64,000 nt of DNA from contig CM082583.2 of NCBI GenBank assembly GCA_040954595.2, forward strand, positions 3,357,060 to 3,421,059, written 5' to 3'. Below the pieces are notes generated by a model, which saw only the letters and a list, made by a program, of their open reading frames with translations, searched no databases and was not told the origin of the DNA. Both the position numbers and the translations under genes were made by a program. Positions 53,901 through 64,000 of this stretch are shown one piece after another (the stretch's first letter is position 1; each line of letters begins with the position of its first letter). The stretch comes from Balanoglossus misakiensis. Taxonomy: Eukaryota > Animalia > Hemichordata.

Positions 53901-55490
53901 CATCGCCGTCCTTGTGAACGAAGTCCTTCTAGTAATATTTCCTGATTACTCATCAAAACTGTGATTTTCTGTGTTCAAAATCGACATCGCGTTTACAAAA
54001 ATCAGTAGTTTGGTGGTCATATGGTATACAGTAATTTAATTAAACGTTAAATGCAAGAACCACTGTGAGCGGAAAGTCATATTTGAACAAATTTTGTCTC
54101 GCTTCCACAGTGACAGTGTATTGTTTTAAAGGCGGCACCTCTCGGTCACTGACAGCCACACTCCATTGTGTATCTTGGTTGAACGTAGAAATGAATTCAG
54201 CACATGCTGATGTATTAACTGGCATATAAGATAGAAGAGATAAAATATTATTTCAAAGGCGTCTGAGGAACGTTTTATATTATCCACTCTTAACAAATCA
54301 CGAAGAAAATAAAATCGCATTAGGGCCTATTCATTGTTACAGCAAACCGTCCAGATCAAGATGTAATCGAAAAAACATTCTGAGTCAGAAGAAAATATAT
54401 GAGACATTACTGAAACATCTTTGAAATTTACTAAATGTTAGATAGAAAGTCATTTTGTTTTTATTCTGATGTCACTGTTCAAATATTTTTATTTTATATA
54501 ATAGTAACGTAACCCCACCTGTGACGTGCAATTTGAATTGCGTCACTCAATTAGGTCTGATTGCTGGCACACAACGTTCAAGTGAATTAATGATTTGTCA
54601 ATAGACTCAATATTTTCACACAAAGAAAGACATTGCGCAGCTTTTTATGAGTAGAAAATCACAGTAACATTGAATCATACAAATTAGGTCTTTTTATCGT
54701 CAAGTAGGCAGTGTATTGCAAAATGATTCTGACAGAAAGTCTGATTGTTTTGGGACCGGTTTGCCGTACCCTAATTATACTGTTTTAGTACAACAACATG
54801 AATTTCTAGAACAAATGACGCGAACTTTACAACGTTTGTATTATAAAGACTTCGAACACTCCAGAATGTTAGCTTTTTTGTCGAACACAATGACAGCACC
54901 GTTATCGAAACATTCAAGCCTACATGTGTATGTTGCCTCCTTAATGCTGCGATTAATGAAATATTCTCTTTTTGGCTCTGAAATCACAACTGAAAAAATA
55001 TACCCATTCTTCAATAAACATTCTAATGATATATTAAACCGGAAAAGCTAATTTAAAAAAAATCGTGACTAATGAAGTCGCCTAGTTGATTGAATTAAGA
55101 ACCGGCGTATTATTGACATTCATAGAATGTTCAAATATTTTCACGTACTTTGTAAATGGTTCAGGCAATTATTAGTTGGTTCCATACATTTGCTTTCTCG
55201 TAGTGCGTCATTCATGAAATTTGTGGTGCGATCGTCAGTTCATCAATACGAGACATGTTAGGTGACGTCAAAACAGGACAAGTATTCGATTCAGCTGGCT
55301 TTAGGTGTCTTAGTACCATCTGGTAGTTTATGAATTGGCGGCAGTTCTTTTCAGAATATCATAAATTTGACCTTGTAACTCTTCCGCACTTTCACATAGT
55401 ATATTAGTAATTATAATGACGTTAACGAAAATTACAATAACTCTTACATCTTGTACAGACCTAGAAAATACCGTTTGAATAGACCCTTAA

Positions 55491-55845
55491 GGAAGCATAT
55501 ATTCGCATCAGCAACAGATTGTCAGAAAATATGATAGTTCTGCAAAGCTTTAAATTCTTTGCTTTATTAAAGTGTGTGAGGAGTCTTTTAGAAAAAAGGA
55601 GGAAAAATGGTGTTCACAATCTTGTTTTCACAAAAATCACCACCTTTATTTGTCTCCATAGAGTTAACATAGAGATGGGCGGCCATTTTAATTTCAACTT
55701 TATTTCAGAAAAATTGCTCTCTTATTCAGAGGTTTGCACGGTGACCCCCAATTTTTATTCTACATTTTGTCGGAGAGAGAATAATTTTAAGTTATCTTGA
55801 GTAAACTACATGAGAAAAAGTTTAAGACACACACTGTCCACTACC
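55491..55845. mobile_element. Degenerate TTAA-flanked MITE (Kolobok-like)
   Basis: TTAA|GGAAG ... CTACC|TTAA; a related end TTAA|GGTAGTGG occurs at 46930. Confidence 0.4.
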
Positions 55846-58800
55846 TTAATGAGAATGCCTTAAACCTAAATGAATGTTATTAGCAGTTATGATGAATTAC
55901 TCCATGTAACTTCAAGATTGCACTTTGATGTTGACTTTTCTACTGACAGCAACATGTTGGTGTGCTATCATTAAGCAAAATTTAGCTGACCAGGCAGATT
56001 ATACATTTGACCGCACCCACTTCTGTATATTCCACAGAAAACGGTCAGTTATGTACATTTCTATGAGTTCCACCATCAAAGAAAACAATTTACTGAATTT
56101 TCTGTAAACGATGAGTAGACTGCTCATTGGTATTACAGAAATGAGTTGGTTTAAAATTTATATAAATTATGCATTTGGGTAGACCCCAAACTGTAGCTAC
56201 CAAAACCGAGTTAAAACTATAGACAGTGTTGTTGTTTTTAAAGTGGAAACGGCAGAAAATAGATCACTACGAATAAACACAGCACTACTTGATTGGTTAC
56301 TTTATAAATTTATAAAGTAACTACACCCTGTTGGGCTTGAAATTGCATTTTAAAAAGAGCAATCAGTCTGTAAGCATTAAAAGTCAACATTGCCCAACAG
56401 GTTACTAACATATTGACCAAAACCAACAAATAATGGTGACAAAAGTCTGAAATTAAGGATGGAACATAGCAAACCGACGCTTTCAGGAAGTACAGTACGC
56501 AACCATTCATTATTTATACAACGGTCACATACCAGGTGTTTTTGTGGAATTCGAAAAATATGTTTTCATGTGGTTTTGCATTCAGGTTGAAATTCATGCA
56601 TTTTCAAGTCTTGCTATCATCCTTCAAAACTGCATCTCATATTTTTCCTCTGGCCTTCCACTGGACTGTTATACTTCTATTAACGAAATTGCCACCTAGA
56701 ATAATGTTTTCAACAATACATATCATAAAATGAAAAGGACGTATAAAATTCCAGGACAAGAGCTTGAAGCTTGTTACGAAGACTTTAATGTACGAAATGT
56801 ATTGGAAATCATGCAGCATTTTTGAAAAACAAGGCAAAAGCTGAGTTTTCGAAGGTCCATGAAAAATGACGTCACTTTACCACGTCAATAGTGGTTGCAT
56901 ACTTTACATGATCAGGTTCCCCTATATCTGAGCATTAAGAAAAGAAAATATATGTTTGTAGGGGTTTATGACTTTGATAATTGACAGAAAACGACAATTC
57001 CTGAAAGCACCTATTTCGCAAACTGCTGTTCTAATTTTGTACAAATGTCACTATTTGCCCAATCAATTATGTACGTGTGAATTGTGCAAAATCAACAAAA
57101 TTGGTCAGTTGCTCAGATAAAACACTTCTAAACATATAATTAAAAATTGTCATATAATAATGACACAATTGTGATTGTTAATTTGTGATTATAAGATCTT
57201 GAAAATAGCCTAAGATTAGTTTATGTTTCACTGTTTTACTTGATTATTTTTTGTAAAAAAAATGCAGTTCTATCCTTTTTTATACTGAAAAACAAGCAAT
57301 TTGCTAAAATTTCAATGTAGTTTCATGGAATTCAGTTGATTTGTATGATATTTCTGGATAACTTATGATCACAAAATACATGTAGTTCCAATTGTGTTTT
57401 CAAGATATTTTCCACTAAAGGAACTTCATACGGCAAATGGGTGATTTCACTTGTGATGAATGTCTTGTTTTTATGTCAATGTTTCCAACAACAGAACAAA
57501 TTTGGTTCCAACACAATCCATGAATGTGCTGCTGGCATGAAATTGTCACTGCCGTAAGCACCAAGCACTTAACACCAAAGCTCAGTGGAAAATAAAGCTA
57601 ATGTAGGAATTTTGTTATCGTCTCAACAGAATTTGGGTTGGCCAGCATCACAATTGAAGTTTCTCCCAAAATGTTACCAGTTTCAGATATATTTCATGCA
57701 GTTACAGTGATATATACTCCAAGAGGTCAAACAACTTTTTGTTTTACAAAATTTGAAAGCCAAGGCAAGATCAATTTAGGAATTTTATCAAGAAAACATT
57801 GCAGATAATGGTGCTTCACAGGGGACTATCCTTGGCATTATAATCAAACATCACTAAGCTCCTGCTATGAGCTCATGTCAAGGGTACAACGACATTGATT
57901 AAAGTTGTCAGGGGGACCCCCCCCCCCCCACCCCACACACACACAATTTATGTACAATAACAGCATATGCAAGTTGTCAGGGAGCCCTGGAATTGCTTTG
58001 CATGACGTCAAGGGAAGAATAGCAGTATGATGGAAACTGCCAGGGAGAACTTCAACGGCTACATGTGTGAAGGCTACAGGAAGTCGTACAGAGTTGCAAT
58101 GAAAGCTACCCTTCAAACGATAAGAAACAACATTGTCGTGTGTTCATTCTATTACAGCGTGCGTGTTTTGTGAAGTTGGCAGAGTAACACATTGCTAATT
58201 CATTTGCATTTATAGATCTTTTTTATTCATATCCATACTTTATTCCTTTATGCGGACACAATTTCTTTCTCTCCATTATTCTACACATTGAATTCATAGC
58301 TATAACAGCTAGCAATCCTTACATATACAATGATACAAGAGTACATATACACAGTACAATGACTAAACTCCAGTGTAATTTGACAAGAAATCATATTTAC
58401 ATTCTGCAGTTAAATTGTTAACATTCATAAAACATATTGGCTTGTTTTCTGTACATCCACTGAAACTAATCAATTTTTTACAGCAATTGCAACTGGACTA
58501 GATCAACATTGGGGAGGAGTATTGCTCTTATCAAATTCATAAAGCAAATATCTTTCAACTCTTAGACCCTTCATCACACATCTATGAATAACTTCATTCT
58601 GTTCAAACTCTGCAGCAAATAAAAAGAATTTCCTGAACACACACTGAATTCATCCATACACTTCAACAATACAAAGAGCTGCAGATCAGAACTGAAATTC
58701 ACTGAACAAGAATTGAGAAAAATAATACATGCCTCTATTTTCTTGTATATAAGGCTTTACACATTCGACCACTGCATACTACAACAAATTCATGTTACAG

Positions 58801-61800
58801 ATTTCTTATGCATTGCTTCATCAAAAACTCGAATAAAAGGGAAAAAAATAGAAAACTTTAAAATTCCCATTACAATTGTTGATCACAGTTGCAAATACCA
58901 CTAATGGACGTACATGTACAAACAATTGGTATTGTAAATTCCACAAGAACATTTCAAATAAAAGTTACTCATGAAGATTTCAAGTCTCTCTCTCTCTCTC
59001 TCTCTACATGAGAATTGCACACATAAAAACTAGACTACGGACAGACAAATCATGACAAACACAGCCCTAATTTCCACCAACCTAGACTATTATTATATAC
59101 CTGACTTTGCAAATTCGAGAACATCAACAGAAATGAAGCCTTGTAATAGAAATGTGTTTCTTCTGAAAGTTGATGTGATCATTTAATAACTGGGTGGACA
59201 CACACAGATAACAATGCCACAGCTGTTTCCTTGATTACTTGAATCTAATGACAAGAATCCTGATTGCCAATTAGATATCACAAAGGTGGTCTGACATCAA
59301 GTCAGTGATGCCATGCCAACTTACCCAATGTACAAAGAATCTACACCCTCTATACTAAAATAGACACAGCAAATCCAACATGGTCAATGTGCATACGCAC
59401 CACAGAATTGCTACTGATGTACACACAAATAAATAGTTCTCTGACTGCCTTTGTAAATTTCTTGCAAGAGCTCTACATTACAACTGTGTGATCCAGTCCA
59501 TTGACAGTAACTCTCTATAGAAACAGTTGATAACATTTTTCCAGAAGATATATCTTGGTCTACCAGGTTCAATAATGTTTAAAAAAACTCTTAAAGCCCC
59601 ATGAGCTGAAAATTTCACATAATTTCCCCCACAATAAACACTTCAAATCTTCACCCTATCATTTTGAATCCTCACCATATTACTTGTGTTTGCATCAGTT
59701 TGTCGTCTCTTGGCGACACATACCACGGTAGTTGTGTACTCTTTGTATAAAGGCCAATTAAACGGGTGTGACACCCGTTTAATGTAATACTTGTTCAAAC
59801 TGCAACATACAAACATCAATCCAGCGTTGATGCGATGTTCATGCATATATATCAGTAAGCTTATTTAGATGGCTAATCTAAGTTGGATAGTCAAATCACG
59901 AAAAAAATGCACAAACGGGCAGCTCTTGGGGAGTGTCTAAATGTGGTTCCAAAGCTTTTTGAATTGAATTCATAGTTGTAAGCCAATACACATGAACAGA
60001 AATTACAGTCAATGGTTTAAAATCTGTTAAATGGACATGGCTCACTATATGCTTCATGCAATCGATACACTGTAGTTGTAAACCTTGTACGTATCTCTAT
60101 GCAACTCCCAGCAACAGTTGCATGCATATACCTATCAACACATGTACAACTAAAGTTCTGTTGTTCTAAGCATAATAATAACTGCTATGCAAAATTCAAA
60201 TTAAAAATAGCAATATTCAACAATAGCTATGGTACGTGGAGACTACATCCTTGACAAACATCCTTTCAAACTCCTACACGATTGCACATGCAGTGCTTGA
60301 CTGTGGCTGCAAGGTGAAACCTCCATGTGAAACCCCATGTCTGTTTCCTTTTCATCACATTTTGACTGACTGCTTCTTGTAGATGAAAGTAAAAATAGCA
60401 ACTGCTAACGAACCAAACGAGAAAACTATGTGTCGTGTGGTTGCAACCAAATGAATTGTTGATAAGAAAAGACATTATTTACTGAGTTTAATCTCATTAA
60501 GATTTTCCTTCCCACATTTCCTGGCTATCTTATATATCGCTACAGCAACAGTTGCTATGATACAATGTCATCCGCACGAGGACTCTACTTGATTTTTTAT
60601 ATTTGCAGCAAATTATTGTAAATGATGATTTGTCTTCTTTCAAGAGCCAGTGAAACTTTTCAAAATAATAGTCATTAACTTTCCTGATAAAAACAATGTA
60701 AAAGTGTCACTGACAAAATCAAAGTACATGTACCATGACATTGTGATATTGCCAGTTCAAACTTGGAGTGACAATACAGTTTTGTACATTTTGTTAAGCA
60801 CATTTCAAAGTATCCAATGATCGCTGCCACTTCAAGATACGTGAACTCTTATATGGAAAAACAGTTTTCTGAGGTGTAATTACAATGTCATGTTGCACAC
60901 CATTGCAAAACATTTGTATCAAGAACTGAAATCTGTGATTCAAACTTCTGTCTGCACACACAGTTGCACTATTACCAAATTCTGACGAATAATAATATAA
61001 CATTACAAACCCACTTTTCATATGTGTGTATGTGTGTGTAATTACTATACAGTCTTGCAAATTAAAAATAAAACTTAACATTTTATAGAAGGATGAAATC
61101 TTGACTGAGGGAGCAAATATACTGCACTTGGGTTTCGGTTCGAGATTATCAAAGTATGGTTTAATGTGTCATGGCATGTACTTCATTTTAGACAGAAAAC
61201 TATGTACATGTATATTCCCCAGCATTCTAGAAACTCATACTTCGGAGGGTGTAAACACTATGTACATGTAATGCAGTGATCATCGACTGTGTTGTTTTAA
61301 AACCCACGATGCTATCTGCAAATTTGGTATGATTCAATTCATCATAGAAACAGCACTGACATAGGCTAGAATCTACTAAACATGTACACTGTCATTGATA
61401 AGTAAATGTCTATATGATACTGTTTTCACCCCCCCCCCCCCAAAAAAAAAAAAAAAAAAAAAATCATACTTTTCAGAACTATAAATTTGAATAAAAATAT
61501 TACCATGTCAGATTGAGTTTGATGAAATCAAACAATATATGATGGGAACCTAAACAATATCAGTCTTATGTGTACAACCACCACTGCATTTACAGTTTTC
61601 ATCTCTTCTAATGCTACGTCACATTTTCTTGAATATTACAATACAAGATAAAGCTTAAATCTAAAGAAATTTTGCAAACTAAATGTAATAGATTTTCCTC
61701 CTGTATCTCATCTATATCAGTCACAGTAATATATGCTCTGGTTTACTCTGTAGTTGCCTGCGTTTTTCTTCCATTTCTGTGGCATCTCAAACATCAAAGA

Positions 61801-62172
61801 AACAAAATGCCACTTATTATAGTGTGTACTTCCATATAGCTGAACACAATCTACGGTACTCCACAAAGTGCAAAGACGCCTATTATCAGTTAACTATTTA
61901 TTATGACAAAGTAAAATATGTCAATCCTCTCGTGTGAAATTCATCTTATTCTGCCCATGGTATTGTACTTTATTCACAGATCCTAATTTCACCATGAAGG
62001 GGGTATAACACGGGCAGTATTAGTCACTAAGACAAATGCACTTTGTACCACTCTGTTTGGCCATCACAGCACTACATGCAACTCTTTCATACACAGATAT
62101 AATAGGATTTGGCCGATGTAAAAATAAGTGTATTTGCTTTTAGACTAGAAAAGTTATCTACACGTAGTCTGT

Positions 62173-62923
62173 CTATAATGTTTGGACCACACTGCTTCTC
62201 TCTGGGAGTACCCGCCACTTCATGGTACCATCTGCTCCACAGGAGAATAAATTATGGGATGGAGATAGGCTTAGCTGGATAACACCACCACTTGAACTGC
62301 GGAATAGAGTGTTGCGTGCATGCTCTCCAGGGAAGGAATACAGCAAATTATGAACAGATAAACCCCAAACCTGGAATGTAAAAAAAAAATGACATTGATT
62401 TATCAATGTGTCACTTAACTTCTGCAAAACAATAATATTATCCAGTGGTGTGCCACATTGCCTCAAGAGGGCACTCTGCACCAGTGGTGTGCCATGTTGT
62501 TGGTGTACATGACGTTACATTATAGTCGAACCTGTCTATAGTGGTCAGTCAAGGGACTTTCCTAAACTGGCCTTTACACTATAGAAAGGTGGCCTTTATA
62601 TAGAGGTTAATTAATGCACATGTGAATTGCACAGGGACTGTAACAAAGTGGCCACTATATAGAAGTGGCCACTAACAGGGGTTTGACTGTATCTCCCAAA
62701 TTTACCTTGATATCTCCTTCTGCAGAACCTGTCACAAAGTACTCCTCTGTGGGATCCAATGCCAGACACTTGATTTCCGAATCGTGGGCTTGGAATGTGT
62801 GTCGGAGCTGCCGTTGTCGCATATCGAAGATTGCAATATCTCCACGCTTTCCACCAGAAATGATCAGCTGTTGGTTGGGTGCATACACCAGACATGGACA
62901 ACCTCCATCATGGCAAGTGAAGG
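62173..62923 (-). CDS. DMXL: DmX-like protein / Rabconnectin-3 alpha, last two coding exons; gene continues beyond the window
   Basis: Exons 62923-62706 and 62370-62173 give FTCHDGGCPCLVYAPNQQLIISGGKRGDIAIFDMRQRQLRHTFQAHDSEIKCLALDPTEEYFVTGSAEGDIK|VWGL...EHARNTLFR...LFSCGADGTMKWRVLP*, the C-terminal WD40 repeats of DMXL1/2. Confidence 0.93.
62523..62689. mobile_element. Tc1/mariner-type MITE in DMXL intron
   Basis: TA|TAGTCGAACCTGTCTATAGTGG ... CCACTAACAGGGGTTTGACTG|TA; a related decayed copy lies at ~13510-13590. Confidence 0.65.
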
Positions 62924-64000
62924 CTGTGAAGAGCGACAACAAAATGCTTAGCGAATACCACACTTCTGAGTCAGAGTTTGTTAAAGCCAGGAAAATGATA
63001 GCACCCCCCCCCCCCCCCCCCCCCCCCCGGATGATTTTATTTTATCTCCCTACACTATAAAAGTCTGTGCATTAATGCCCTTGGTAATGAACTGCATTGT
63101 ATAGAAGACTTTTTCCCCATTATGCACATGTAAGTACAACAGGTGATGTTTCAGTTCATGGAAGTGGCACTCACTATATTCGTGCCACCAGATGCACAGA
63201 ATAAGGAAGTGATGCTGAGAAATATTCCATGATGTGTTTTTGATGCAATGACATCATTGGCAAAAATTTCATGCATTGCATGTTACAGTAAAGTAAGTCT
63301 TCAATGAAAACATACAACTATGTCTTTTCCCTTTCATCAAAAATCGACAGTTCCATTTTCTGCCCCAAACCCCTTCTCTGACCTTTCTTGTACATCATTG
63401 TATTTCAGTTTCAGTTTACCCAGATATGCCTCATCTCATTAATCCATGCTTTGGTTATTTTTTTTGATCTCATATTTCACCTGATTTTTGATCTCCCATA
63501 TTTTATGTGTTTTGAATTTCTGGCATGATGAAAGAGATCTCAATTAGAGTGTGACTAATCGGAGAGATGCCTCTATACGATTGCAATTACCCTAAAGGGA
63601 TCTTCAAACTCATCTTCAGAAGATAGAGCTATCACATTCCAGGGTTAAATAAAGTAGGGTTACCAATTTGTATAGTGACATTTCAAAATCTGTACCCAAA
63701 TGTTTATAACGTTTCCTTTAATGGCAAAAGACTTAAAGTGCAGCGCTTGGCTCTAAACACACTTTTGAAATTAATACATAATTGGGCTTGTGTGTTAAAT
63801 GCTGATGTCCTTTTATCTTTTTCGTGAAGATAAATAAATGTCAAATTGAAAAATGTTCAGGGCCTGAGAAAAAACTTCTGTTTGGGCCACGCCCATACCC
63901 GTGACATCACAAGAGGAACCCATTTATGTTTGCAACAGACTTGGCATTGTACATTGCAGTCGTTGAATTGCAATCACACATGTCTGCGATCTAAACGGCT

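Noticed and set aside
46200-58200. Short ORFs in the C2CD4-DMXL intergenic region
   Set aside because: No recognisable domains or consistent exon chain; the region is dominated by decayed repeats.

Overview
AT-rich, intron-containing animal genomic DNA. The repeat landscape suggests a marine invertebrate, possibly a non-vertebrate deuterostome (inference only). Splicing the exons by hand gives seven host genes: RBM8A/Y14 (3' part, +), WDR93 (complete, -, 14 exons plus a candidate 30-nt microexon), PEX11 (complete, +, head-to-head with WDR93), MRPL54 (-), SPATA5L1/AFG2B (+, head-to-head with MRPL54, one GC-AG intron), a C2CD4-family gene with two C2 domains (+), and the 3' end of DMXL/Rabconnectin-3a (-). 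An inverted-repeat-bounded element at about 24.2-27.2 kb carries an intact spliced 305-aa ORF. It looks like the N-terminal part of a P-element-like transposase (winged-helix-like region, Cys cluster, coiled coil) whose stop lies inside the inverted repeat, so it is a candidate KP-like repressor. Introns and intergenic DNA hold many MITEs with TTAA, TTA, TA, 4-, 8- and 9-bp target-site duplications (TSDs), putative excision footprints and a long (TATG)n microsatellite. No rRNA, tRNA or CRISPR array was seen.
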